A stretch of 63,999 bases of DNA, filler included, from Malassezia furfur (lineage: Eukaryota), in NCBI GenBank assembly GCA_052055015.1. It is 3 parts of 3 records of this genome, joined end to end, with 100 filler letters (N's around TTAATTAATTAA, not from the genome) between each part and the next. Parts side by side here need not be neighbours in the genome. Positions count along the whole stretch, not along the records: positions 23,668 to 47,161 come from JBQJIT010000151.1; positions 47,262 to 63,999 come from JBQJIT010000242.1; 1 more part is not named here. One strand, 5' to 3'. This document shows positions 40,995 to 51,457 of this stretch, one piece after another; position 1 is the stretch's first letter, and the number at the start of each line of letters is the position of its first letter. Made by a program: the position numbers and the translations under genes. The notes below the pieces were generated by a model. The model made no database searches. It saw only the letters and a list, made by a program, of their open reading frames with translations, and was not told where the DNA came from.

Positions 40995-43173
40995 CTACAC
41001 CTCCGCGGGGTCGCTCGCCGCAGGGCCGCGCCACCGATGCTGCGCAACACTACCTGCCTGGCCGTCGCCGCCGTCCCATGACGTGCTCATGAGCGTCGGC
41101 TCATCCGAGTGCCAGCTGACGTCGCGCACAATGCACTTGTCGCGCTGCGGTGCGCCGCGCATGCGGCTAAAGCGCGGCACAAAGTGGATGCGCTGCGCGC
41201 GCCGCGCGGGCGGCAAATCCCACTCGGGCGCGAGCGGGTCGCTGGCGCGCCCGTCGTCGTGCTGCATCGGGTGCACATAATTGCGGTCGATCACCTGGAC
41301 GACGCGCCCGTCGAGCGACCAGATCTGGGTGAGAAGGCGGAGACGACGTACATGGATGCGCCCGTCGGCGCTGCCCGAGTAGATGTACTGCTGCCCCGTG
41401 GTGGCGCGCGGGCTGAAGTAGCAGCGGATGAGCGTGCGGAGCACCGAGTGGCCGCCTGTGTGAGTGCATGGGTGCACGTACGATAGGTCATCACCGAGCA
41501 GTCCTCCGGGTGCGCATAGTAGCGCGGGCGGCGGTAGGGCATGTACCGGTAGTCCCAGTTGCGCAGACCGTAGTCGAGCGGCGCCCAGTTCTCCACGGTC
41601 TCGAGCGAGACAAGGTTGCGCAGATCCCACAGCCGCACGCTCTGGTCCTTGGAGTTGGAGATGCAGTAGCGCCCGTCGCCCTTGGGCGCGATGTACGTAA
41701 TGCCCTCGGTGTGGCCCGGCAGGCACCCCGCGGGTTTGCCGCGCACCAGCGAGCGGCGGTCCCACACCTTGAGCATCGAGTCGTCGCTCCCGCTCACAAA
41801 CACATTCGAAGAGGTGGCGTCCGCAAACGTCACGCTGTTCACGTCGTCGTTGTGCGCGCCGACGCTGAGCACGCGGCGCTGGGCCTCGATGTCGTACACA
41901 TAAATGTAGCCGTAGTGCGCGCCCGCGATGATCTCACGCGAATCGCCTGAGAAGCGCAGCGACCAGATCTGCGTGAGTGGGTGCGACGTACGCCCGAATG
42001 CTGCCCGGTGTTGGCTGAGAAGTCGAGCGTCACCTGGTTCGCCGCACCGCCCGCGTCGTCGTCGACGTGGCGCACGGGCGACAGGCCGACGTACGGAGAG
42101 ATGCTCGAGTACACGATCCACTGGTTGTCCGGCGACAGGTTGACGTCGGTGATCGTCCACTGCCCCCGCTGTGCCTCGACGGTCTGGATGAGGTTCAGCG
42201 AGGTGACCTGCTCGATCGCGTCGTCGTCCATCCCGCCAAAGTAGCTGGTGTCGCGCACCGTCTCGGGACGCTTGCGCGGCGCCATGGTCGTGTCGTACAC
42301 CTGCGTCAGTCGCACCACGTACATGGACTCGCATGTCGCGCGTGCACGTATAGAAGAACGAGGAGTCTGCGTCAGCGTCCGTACCCACCTTCCGAGTACT
42401 GTCCGCTGTAGCACGGTGCGGGGTACTCGGCCACCAGCACGCCACGCGAGCTCGGTAGGAGGGGGTACGCCATGTCTGCCTTGCGTGGCACGCGTGCGAG
42501 CTGCTTGCGCCGCGCAATCTGCGCCGCAAGGCTCTGAGTTCGTGCGGTATAGGGCTGCGTTGGCGGGTCACGTACCATGCCAAAGTCGCCACTGCACTTG
42601 AGCTCCTGTCCGGCGCGCACAGGCTCGGTGACCGGCTCCCATAGATCCAGCGGCGCGTCCAAGGGGCGTTCCCAGCGCGAGAGGAGCTGCGTAAGCCATT
42701 GGGACGTACGCCCGAGCCGTCTTCCGAATCCTCGCTGGGCGGGTCGTCCGTATCGAACGACGCCATTCCGTACGTTAGCAGCTGCTGCAACTCCCGTAGG
42801 CTCAGGTGCCGCACATGGTGCTCGATCGTCGTTCCGTTCGCGTCCTCGGTCTCGAGAAAGAAGATGCCGCACGGACCACCCTCGATGGCGCCAGGGTGCA
42901 TCGCATCGTCCTCATCGACATCCTCAGCATCCTCCTCGTCGAGATCCTCCTCGTCCTCCTCGTCCTCCTCGTCGTCCTCGTTTTCGTCGTCCTCGCTGCG
43001 TCAGCGCCCGCGACGCACTCCTCGTAGTCGTCATCAAACTCGCTCTCAGGCATCCCCTGTGCGGCCATGATCTCGGCAAGGTGGTCCGGATCACGCCCAA
43101 ACGAGTCGGGCGAGCCCGATCCTGACGACGCTGTACGTGGGCTCCGGTGCGCCGCACTCTCTCGATCCGACAT
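40995..43173 (-). CDS. WD40 protein of the WDR23/DCAF11 (LEC14B) family
   Basis: Acidic N-terminus; IWSLRFSGDSREI, GHTEGITYIAPKGDGRYCISNSKDQ, GHSVLRTLIRCYFSP..TGQQYIYSGSADG, IVRDVSWH; many 22-25 nt introns. Confidence 0.88.
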
Positions 43174-43275
43174 CGCCGACACCCCGCACGCCCAAAATTG
43201 CCACAGCGCGGCAGGTACGCACGGTGCCCGTGTGGAGGCGGCGTCCCTTGCTCGTTTTGACTTTGTGCGCACCGC

Positions 43276-44865
43276 ATGCTTCGCGCGCTCCGCCCCACGC
43301 ACCTCGCCCTACGCACGGCCGCGCGTGGCACACGCATCACACCCCGGTATACTGCGGTGTGTCTGCGTACCGTATCGCGCGGCATCGCGACCGACCGCTG
43401 GAAAAAGTACCCGTTTGACCCGTCGGGCGCCCTCGACGAGCATGGGCACATCCCTGCGGCGCCGTACGACTTATCGCCCTTGCCCGGCTCTGCCCCCGAA
43501 TACCAGACGCACCTTGTCCTTTTGCCGCGCGAGTACCCGCACCCGGACACGACATGGCCCTCGCATATCGACGCGGCGTGCCCCTTATACGCGGAGCTAT
43601 CCAGCCGCGCGCGTCAGGGGGGCTCTCTCGAAGGATACGGACTGAGCTTCGCCTCGAGCGATACACCTGTCCCCACACACGACACCCCGGGACTCGCGCC
43701 GTGGGATCCGCACCGCGCCGCCGCCATGCGTTCGCCGCCCAACCAGGCCGTCGAGGACGAAACGTTCACGCTGTATGCCTATCGTACGCCCGGCCACTTT
43801 GTCGAATACCCAGAGCCACTGTCGCTGCGCACGCTTCCAAGCGGACAGGCCCTCCGCGAAACGCTCGATACGCTCTTTGCGCGTCCCGACGCACGCCTCG
43901 ACTCGGAGACCCACATCTTTGTGTGCACGCATGGCATGCGCGACTGCCGGTGTGGCGTGGTGGGCACCGAACTCCGCGAGGCCCTTCAGCACAAGGTGCA
44001 GGAGCACGTCGCCCAGTGCAAGAAGGACGGCAGCAAGCCGGCGCGCCGCGTGCGCGTGCTCGACATTAGCCACGTTGGAGGTCACAAGGTTCGTCGCTTG
44101 CACACTCACCTCAGTGGGCCGCCAATGCTCTCGTATACCCCCACGGCGACTGGTACGGCAACCTCCGTGTGTCGGATGCACCGTACGTGCCAGCGCATTC
44201 CTGACTTCAGCCTTCTGCTGCGCGCAGCCCTCGCACCAGCATCATCGCGACACGATTTGCAAGACCTCCGCGAACGGCTCGTGGTCTGGCCACGATGGCG
44301 CGGCCGGCTCGGCATGTCGTCGCAGGACGCGCGCGAGCACATGAATCTCTGGGGACCCCCGGTAGTCTATTCGGCACAGATCGCACCGCGTGCGCGCGGC
44401 GCTCCTACCGGTGCGTCTTCGTCGTCTGCGGCGGCCCCCGCGGCCCCTGCGGATGCCGCGCCATCTTCGCGCTCGCACGCAACGCATGCGCCGCTCCGCT
44501 TCCACGGCTACGACGGACAGTGGTACGACGTGGAGGGTATCGTCGGCGAAACGCTTATGGAAACGGCAAAACGTCACAATCTTCCCTCGATCGAAGCTAC
44601 ATGCGGCGGCGAGCTGGAGTGCGCGACCTGCCATGCCTACCTCTGCGACGCCCAGCGCCAGGATCCCCAAGCACGTGGCGACGTGGACCACGTGCCGTCC
44701 GACGGGGACGCGCTGTTTGGTCCGATGTCGGACGAGGAGGACGACATGCTCGAGTATGCGATCGACCGCCGCGCATCGAGCCGGCTCACCTGCCAGATCG
44801 CTGTGTCCCGTCGCATTGCGGACTGGATGGAAAAAGGCGGCCGTGTCGAGCTGCCGCGCTACTAG
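43276..44865 (+). CDS. Apd1/Aim32-type thioredoxin-like ferredoxin fused to an adrenodoxin-type [2Fe-2S] ferredoxin
   Basis: Presequence; CTHGMRDCRC...SHVGGHK|WAAN..YPHGDWYG; C-terminal CGGELECATCH...SRLTCQI; introns 44089-44114 and 44183-44210. Confidence 0.85.
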   Translation: MLRALRPTHLALRTAARGTRITPRYTAVCLRTVSRGIATDRWKKYPFDPSGALDEHGHIPAAPYDLSPLPGSAPEYQTHLVLLPREYPHPDTTWPSHIDAACPLYAELSSRARQGGSLEGYGLSFASSDTPVPTHDTPGLAPWDPHRAAAMRSPPNQAVEDETFTLYAYRTPGHFVEYPEPLSLRTLPSGQALRETLDTLFARPDARLDSETHIFVCTHGMRDCRCGVVGTELREALQHKVQEHVAQCKKDGSKPARRVRVLDISHVGGHKVRRLHTHLSGPPMLSYTPTATGTATSVCRMHRTCQRIPDFSLLLRAALAPASSRHDLQDLRERLVVWPRWRGRLGMSSQDAREHMNLWGPPVVYSAQIAPRARGAPTGASSSSAAAPAAPADAAPSSRSHATHAPLRFHGYDGQWYDVEGIVGETLMETAKRHNLPSIEATCGGELECATCHAYLCDAQRQDPQARGDVDHVPSDGDALFGPMSDEEDDMLEYAIDRRASSRLTCQIAVSRRIADWMEKGGRVELPRY

Positions 44866-44983
44866 ATGTACCCCATAGCCAACACGCGGTGCGCCCCCTC
44901 GAAACGCCCCATCGGCCGAGACGCGTTACGCCGACGCGCCGGGGAAAGCGCGTCGCATCGCCCTTCAGTAATCCCTCACCAAC

Positions 44984-45522
44984 ATGTTTCGCCAGTCGCT
45001 CCTCTCTGCTGCTCGCAACGTCAACGCTCGGGTACGTACAGGGCCTAGCCGGATTAACACCACAGTCTTTCTCGTCGACCTCGGCTGCTCAGCTGGCCCG
45101 TGTGAACATCATCGGCCGCCTCGTGGGCCAGCCTGAGGTGCGCGAGACGCGCTCGGGCAAGGAGTACCTTCGCTACATTGTGGCCACCACCGACCCTCTT
45201 GGCCCGCCCAACGAGGACGGAAGTACGTTTCCGCACCATAACGCTTACCCAGCGCCTGCCCAGCCCACCTCGTCGTTCCACTCGATCTTTGCATTCGGTG
45301 AGACGACGGTCAACCGTCTGCGTGACCTGCCCAAGGGGTACGTCGTGTCCAGCTGACCTATAGTACGCTGATGTACGTCGAGGGCGACTTCCGCGTGACG
45401 CGCACGCCTGGCGAGAATGGCGCGCCGCCCGTGGACCAGTGGCTCATCCAGCACCGTACGTGGCTTAGCGACTGACCCCAGGGAACTACAATGTGCTGCT
45501 CCGTCCGAAGAACGACTACTAA
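44984..45522 (+). CDS. RIM1: Mitochondrial single-stranded DNA-binding protein (Rim1-like)
   Basis: Spliced over four introns: MFRQSLLSAARNVNAR|SFSST..VNIIGRLVGQPE..YLRYIVAT..LPKG|TLMYVEG. Confidence 0.8.
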
Positions 45523-45598
45523 GTTCTGTCGGAGTTGCGTTTGCTTTTGTTGAATTTTGTTGTAGGCACAATCTACGGTCGTGAGGTATCGGGTTATG

Positions 45599-46584
45599 CT
45601 AGATGTGCTCAATGGCGCGTGCTTGGCGGTCTGCGCCGATCTCGACCAGCAATGTGTGTCCCTTCCACGGGTTGCTAGAGTGCAGATCGGTGCAGAACAG
45701 CTCGTAGCTCGGGAGATACCTGCACCGTCAGTCTCTTGGGGAATGCATACCGTTGGACGAAGGCGGCCACTTGCTCGTCGGTCATTCCGCGCCCTCCGTT
45801 GGCACGCTTCATCGCGTGCTCTGCCTGGAGGCGCCAGGGGTACACCATTGACCACGGACTCTTGCCATGCTCGGCACAGGGATGGAACTGGATGAAGGCA
45901 TCGAGCAGAGGATACCATTCACGCTCCCATACGCCCAAATTCTCGCTGATGACCGCAAGGTCGTCTGCCGAGTACGACGTAAAGCAAGTACCGGACTTCC
46001 CCTTACTCATGCGGAGCTTCTGCTCGATCTCCGCCTGGGATAGGGCGTGGAAGCCTAAGCACCAGCCTTCGAACAGCACCAGGTCAATTGGCCCGTGCAC
46101 CGTGACGGCGTCCGCCGCACGGTCGCCCTGGCCGTCCCACGCGCTTTTGTCGTAAACGGGTAGCTGTACGCTCTGGTCAGGATGGTCGTTGATGGAGCGG
46201 AGCGCGCGCAAGATGGATGAGCCCAGAGCAACGTCGTGTGTGCCCGGCTGGCCACGCCCTTGCATCAGTGGATTAGACGCATGGGCCCGGCCCACCGCGA
46301 GCATGTCAGCATGGCGAAGGTACAAATCTGGCATGATCAGGCATAGGACCTACCGTCTAGGGAAAAGACGGCTACGCGCACAGGAGGCTGAAGCGCGGCC
46401 AAGTCCTTAGCGACGCGCGCCGACGTATACGATTTTCCTGAGTCAGCGCGGCGATGTACGAACCACTTCCCTGTGGCCCCTGTAGTCCTACGAGCAATGG
46501 TGAAAACCTTCCCGCACGACTCTGTCTATGTGCCTTCCATTCCCTCAGAAAGAACGCGACGATGGCCTCCTCCTTGTCCAGCAT
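45599..46584 (-). CDS. TDA10: D-glycerate 3-kinase-like P-loop kinase (Tda10 family)
   Basis: GPQGSG|KS P-loop across an intron, QGRGQPGTHD, PVYDKSAWDGQGDR, LFEGWCLGF, WRLQAEH. Confidence 0.85.
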
Positions 46585-46825
46585 GGCGGCACCACCCCGA
46601 GCCGCCTCGCTCGAGCCATCTGGAGCGCGGATCTGCACGGACGCCTCGAATTACATAATTATCGGGGTCGTGCTCCATGATTTGCTGCATGCCGCCCTAT
46701 GCAGGGCCGAGCCGAGCGCAGCCGAATCAGCGGCTCAATTGTGCAGCTGGCAAATACCCGTCCGCGGCGCGGTTGCATCGGAAGCGGAGTGAAACGGCGC
46801 GAACAAGTCATCCTGCCCTACCATC

Positions 46826-47161
46826 ATGTCTCAGAACGACGTTAAGAAGTATGTTTGCTTTTCGTGCTACTAGGGATTTGATACTAACACACCCATTACA
46901 GCCAAGCCAACAAGGCCGCTGACAAGGCCTCGGACAAGGCCGACAAGGCTGCCAACCAGGCCCAGAAGGCCACGAACGAGACGGCCAACAAGGTCGACAA
47001 GGGCGCCAAGGACGCCGCCGACAAGGCCGAGAAGACCGCCCACGACGTCTCGGAGAAGGCCAAGAAGGCTGCTTCGAACCTGTCGAAGGACGCCGACAAG
47101 GCTGCCCAGCAGGCCCAGGAGCACGCCGAGCACTTCTACGACGATGCCAAGGCCGCTGCCA
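46826..47161 (+). CDS. LEA/hydrophilin-like Ala/Lys/Asp-rich repeat protein (3' end in gap)
   Basis: MSQNDVKN|QANKAADKASDKADKAANQAQKA... after intron 46849-46901; repeated GACAAGGCC codon units. Confidence 0.65.
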
Positions 47162-47261
47162 NNNNNNNNNNNNNNNNNNNNNNNNNNNNNNNNNNNNNNN
47201 NNNNNTTAATTAATTAANNNNNNNNNNNNNNNNNNNNNNNNNNNNNNNNNNNNNNNNNNNN
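47162..47261. other. Assembly gap with artificial TTAATTAATTAA linker
   Basis: N-run with the same linker as the first gap. Confidence 0.95.
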
Positions 47262-47945
47262 TCGCCCCCGCGCTCGCCGCCGCTGCCCGCGCTGCGCCGT
47301 CCACGGCATCCGCTCATGGAGGATGCCGCGGCGACCTCCGTGTCGAACCTGCTGAACGAGGCGACGGCGCGCATGGCGGGCGCCTCTTCACGACCCCATG
47401 CGTCGGTGGACCAAACTGTACAGACTATGCGCCACGCTGCGCGCTTCGATGTGCCTGCGACTCCCGACATGAGCCCTGCGAACCAGGACGCTCATCACCA
47501 CCCCACCGAGGCTGCCGAGGCCTTTATGCGGCGCGTGTTTGTCGACTGGACCGTGTCGCGTGCCTTCCAAGCCGAAGACGCCGGCGTGGAGCTGGTGTGC
47601 CCCGGATGGACCGGCGCCGTGGCCCAGCGCCTACACACACCCGAGGGCGCTGGGCGCAAGCTCCCACTGGACCCCAGTACGCGCGCGCTGTACGTGCACA
47701 TGCCGCGCTCGTGCGACCGGTCGGCGCTGCGTGATCACATTCTGCAGCTGCTCGATACGGCGTCGGAGCGTGTGTGCGCCGGACGCGTCGTGTTTTGTCT
47801 GGAGCGTAATTTGCCGGACCTTTCGTCGCTCCTACACGGTCTCTGCTACGTTGGAGGCCAAGTTGCAACGCGCGCCGGTCAGCCGGATCCGTGGACCGGG
47901 CGCCAGCCGTTGGCGTCGCTCGTACTCGTGTCGGTCACGCTGTAG
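47262..47945 (+). CDS. OAZ1: Ornithine decarboxylase antizyme, ORF2 portion (5' part in gap)
   Basis: WTGAV..RALYV..LRDHILQLLDTASE..RVVFCLERNLPDLSSLLHGLCYVGG matches the fungal antizyme C-terminal domain. Confidence 0.78.
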   Translation, partial: SPPRSPPLPALRRPRHPLMEDAAATSVSNLLNEATARMAGASSRPHASVDQTVQTMRHAARFDVPATPDMSPANQDAHHHPTEAAEAFMRRVFVDWTVSRAFQAEDAGVELVCPGWTGAVAQRLHTPEGAGRKLPLDPSTRALYVHMPRSCDRSALRDHILQLLDTASERVCAGRVVFCLERNLPDLSSLLHGLCYVGGQVATRAGQPDPWTGRQPLASLVLVSVTL

Positions 47946-48068
47946 AAGTAGCATTACCTAATCCTTGTCAGCCGGATAGGCTTGATTGGAGGCCGGGGTA
48001 ACCGGACGCGCGTGACGCGCAGCCTACTAACCTTTACCCACCGCTCCGCATCCGCCGCCGGTCGAAAT

Positions 48069-50663
48069 ATGGCGGTCCAGTCTCGGCTGCGTCCCGCATG
48101 GGAGACGGTGCGGATGAAGTTGATGGAGCGTGCCATCAACTTCGCCGTGTTCTACTCGCGCAACTACAACACCATCCAGCGCGGGCTAAGCGTGGCGTTC
48201 TTTGCTGGTCTTCTGGCCGGCATCGCCGCCATGTTTGCCCCACGCAAGTCCAAGAAGCAGGGGTCGGGCAATAATACAAGCGCTGGCGCTGTTTCGAAGC
48301 GCAAGGGCCCGGGCGGCAAACGTGGCGGGAATGCGCCGCAGCGCGTCGCGATTGACCATCTATTCTTCAAGCGTCTGCACTTCCTGCTCAAGCTGCTGTT
48401 CCCCTCGTGGCGCTCCAAGGAGACCGGCCTGCTGGTCTCCTTTACGGTGATCCTGATCATCCGCACGGTGCTCTCGCTGGTGGTGGCTGACCTGGACGGC
48501 CGCATTGTCGCGTCGCTCGTGCGGGGCCAAAAGACCGCCTTCTTCCGGAACGTGATGCTGTGGATGGGCATTGCGGTCCCGGCGGTGTTCACCAACAGCA
48601 TGATCACGTACCTCAGCTCGTCGCTGTCGGTTGCGTTCCGTGTGCGCCTCACGGACTATATCCAGCACCGCTACCTGCAGAACCTCACGTTCTACAAGCT
48701 GACCAACTTGGACGACCGCGTGAAGAACGCCGACCAGCTCATCACGGTCGACGTGCAACTGTTCAGCCGTGCGCTGGCGACGCTTTACGGCAACATTGCG
48801 CTGCCGCTGCTCGACGTGCTGCTGTACAACTACCAGCTCATGCGCTCGGTCGGTGCGGAGACGATGATCGTCACCACCACGATCATCCGTGTCACGGCGG
48901 TGCTCCTGCAGAAGCTCACGCCGCCGTTCGGCCAGTATGCTGCCACCGAGCAGCAGCTGGAGGGCGAGTACCGCTTCAGCCACGCGCGGCTCATCGAGAA
49001 CTCGGAAGAGGTTGGCTTCTACCGCGGCCAGGAGGTCGAGAAGCACCTCATCGACCGTTACTACTTCTCGCTGATCAAGCACATCAACCGCGTCTTCCAC
49101 ATTCGCATCGGCCACGGCATGATCGAGGAGGGCATCGTCAAGTGGCTCTGGGGCGCCATCGGCCTCGTGATCTGCTCCGCCCCCGTCTTCTTGCAGATCC
49201 CTGGCATGAGCGGCGGCGGGCGCGGCGGCGATATGGGCTCGCGCACGCAGCTGTTCGTGACGAACCGCCGTTTGCTGCTGTCGTCGTCGGATGCGATGGG
49301 CCGCATCATGTACAGCTACAAGGAGCTCTCCGAGCTGGCGGGCTACACGTCGCGTCTCATGGAGCTGATCGAGGTCATGGACGACGTCGAGAACGGGCGT
49401 GCGCAGAAGCGCCTCGTGTCGTCGGGCAGCGAGGACGAAAAGCAAAAGAAGGCCGACATCTTCAACCAGCGCGGCACGGTCGACGAGAACTCGAACGAAG
49501 TCATCTTCGACGAGGTGCCCATCGTCAGCCCCAACGGCGACGTCCTGCTGCAAAAGCTCAGCTTCCACATCCACCCCGGCCAGCACCTGCTGATCATTGG
49601 TCCGAACGGGTGCGGAAAGAGCAGCATGTTCCGCATCCTCGGTGGCCTGTGGCCCGTGTACGGCGGCAAGGTCGCCAAGCCGCCGAATGCCGACTTCACC
49701 TACATCCCCCAGCGTCCCTACCTGTCGCTTGGCACGCTGCGCGACCAGATCATCTACCCGGACACGGTCGAGGAGATGCACGCCAAGGGCGTCACGGACG
49801 AGGACCTGTTCAAGATCCTCGAGCTGCTCCAGATCCAGAACATTGTCGAGCGCGAGGGCGGCTGGGACGTCAAGCGTGAGTGGCGCGACGCGCTCAGCGG
49901 CGGTGACAAGCAGCGCATCGCCATGGCGCGTCTGTTCTACCACAAGCCCAAGTACGCGATCCTCGACGAGTGTACCAGCGCCGTGACGCTCGACATTGAG
50001 CGCATCATGTACGACCACGCTACGGAGCTGGGCATCACGATGATGACCGTGTCGCACCGTCCGTCGCTGTGGAAGTACCACTCGCATGTGCTCCAGTACG
50101 ACGGCCAGGGCGGCTACGTGTTCACCGAGCTCGACGCCGACAAGCGCCTCAAGCTGCAGGAGGAGAAGCAGCAGCTCGAGCAAAAGCTCCTGCTCCTCCC
50201 CAAGTGGCAGGAGCGCAAGGAGGAGCTCGAGGCCATCCTCTCGCAGCGTACCCGGTCGCGCCGTAACTCGGTCCACTCGATCGAGGCGCCCACGCCCATG
50301 ACCGAGACGACGCCGCAGGCGAACGGCACCTCGGTGTCCGCCGAGACCAAGGCCGCCGAGCCCCAGGTGGTCGAGCCCCCGGCTGCAGCGCAGGCCGCGG
50401 CGCAGGCTGCAGCGGCGCCCAAGGTCGCCGAGCCCCAGGTGGTCGAGTCTCCAGCTCCGGCGCAGGCCGCGGCGCCGGCCAAGACCAAGGCCTCGACGCC
50501 CAAGAACAAGGGCCGCAAGGCGCCCAAGGCCGAGGCGGCGCCCGCGGCGGCGCCTGCGCCCGTCAGCACGGGCTTGCCGGGCCAGACGGCGTCGAATGCG
50601 TCGGGCCCTGCCCCGCCGATCAACTTTGCCGAACTGGGTGGGAAGAAGCCTTCGAGTAAATAA
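48069..50663 (+). CDS. Peroxisomal ABCD half-transporter (Pxa2/PMP70-like)
   Basis: YKLTNLDDRVKNADQLIT, NSEEVGFYRG (EAA-like), GPNGCGKSS, LSGGDKQR, ILDECTSAV, VSHRPSLWKYH. Confidence 0.93.
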   Translation: MAVQSRLRPAWETVRMKLMERAINFAVFYSRNYNTIQRGLSVAFFAGLLAGIAAMFAPRKSKKQGSGNNTSAGAVSKRKGPGGKRGGNAPQRVAIDHLFFKRLHFLLKLLFPSWRSKETGLLVSFTVILIIRTVLSLVVADLDGRIVASLVRGQKTAFFRNVMLWMGIAVPAVFTNSMITYLSSSLSVAFRVRLTDYIQHRYLQNLTFYKLTNLDDRVKNADQLITVDVQLFSRALATLYGNIALPLLDVLLYNYQLMRSVGAETMIVTTTIIRVTAVLLQKLTPPFGQYAATEQQLEGEYRFSHARLIENSEEVGFYRGQEVEKHLIDRYYFSLIKHINRVFHIRIGHGMIEEGIVKWLWGAIGLVICSAPVFLQIPGMSGGGRGGDMGSRTQLFVTNRRLLLSSSDAMGRIMYSYKELSELAGYTSRLMELIEVMDDVENGRAQKRLVSSGSEDEKQKKADIFNQRGTVDENSNEVIFDEVPIVSPNGDVLLQKLSFHIHPGQHLLIIGPNGCGKSSMFRILGGLWPVYGGKVAKPPNADFTYIPQRPYLSLGTLRDQIIYPDTVEEMHAKGVTDEDLFKILELLQIQNIVEREGGWDVKREWRDALSGGDKQRIAMARLFYHKPKYAILDECTSAVTLDIERIMYDHATELGITMMTVSHRPSLWKYHSHVLQYDGQGGYVFTELDADKRLKLQEEKQQLEQKLLLLPKWQERKEELEAILSQRTRSRRNSVHSIEAPTPMTETTPQANGTSVSAETKAAEPQVVEPPAAAQAAAQAAAAPKVAEPQVVESPAPAQAAAPAKTKASTPKNKGRKAPKAEAAPAAAPAPVSTGLPGQTASNASGPAPPINFAELGGKKPSSK
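50347..50482 (+). repeat. Imperfect tandem duplication in the ABCD C-terminal tail (KxAEPQVVExPAxAQAAA x2)
   Basis: AAGG(C/T)CGCCGAGCCCCAGGTGGTCGAG occurs twice, about 72 bp apart. Confidence 0.75.
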
Positions 50664-50744
50664 GTAGTAGCCATCTACGTCGTTGCGACCTGCGGAAACC
50701 GTGCACATGCTCTGCCACCGACGGTGACGGCGACTATCACGCGC

Positions 50745-51325
50745 TTAGTTCTGCGAGAGGGCAGCCTGGAGCGCAGTGTACACCTCGACCTCGATCTCGG
50801 CGGCCGCCTTCTCCTCCGGCGAGCCGCTGCCGCCCGCGACGCGCTGCGCCTCGGCAAGACCCTGCCTGACGGCCTCGGGCGAGAACGCGTCCAGCGAGTA
50901 GGCCTCGACGGCGTTCACGGTGAGCTGGTTGTTGGGGTGGATCGTAGCGAAGCCGCTCGAGACTGTCGTTAGCTGCCGCGCCGATAAGCGACCTACCGAA
51001 GAAGCGCTTCGCCGAGCCGCTCGACTCGATCACCTCGACGAGACCGGGCCGCAGCGCCTCAATGCTGGGCACGTGCGAGGCGAGGATACCAAGGTCACCG
51101 CTCACAGCGGGCACGTTGACCTGCGTGACCTCCTGGTCGTTGTACAGAGCCTGCCGTTAGCTTCCTCATCGCGATCGATCAACGCACCTGGTGGGGCGCG
51201 ACAAAGCTCAGCTTGAGCTTCTCGCTGACCGCCTCGGCGTAACCACGGCGGGCACCAGCAAGCTGGGCAAGCGAGGGGCGGAGGCTCGAAGAACGGAGCG
51301 AGCGCGAGGCCAGAGCAAACACCAT
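50745..51325 (-). CDS. ATP16: Mitochondrial F1 ATP synthase delta subunit
   Basis: RRGYAEAVSEKLKLSFVAPHQ, VNVPAVSGDLGILASHVP, FF|VSSGFA, VNAVEAY; two introns. Confidence 0.93.
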
Positions 51326-51457
51326 CGTGTCAGATCGGTGAATAGAAGCGACGCCGCGCAAGACCCGGGTCCGGCAGGCCAGCGCATGGCCATCGGCCGA
51401 GGCCGGGACATATCCCACGTGGCTCCCACTCCTCCACCGGCGCTCGGACGGGGGAGC

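Noticed and set aside
46826..47945. LEA-like ORF as ORF1 of the antizyme
   Set aside because: Separated by a gap of unknown true size, and its composition does not resemble an antizyme ORF1; cannot be supported
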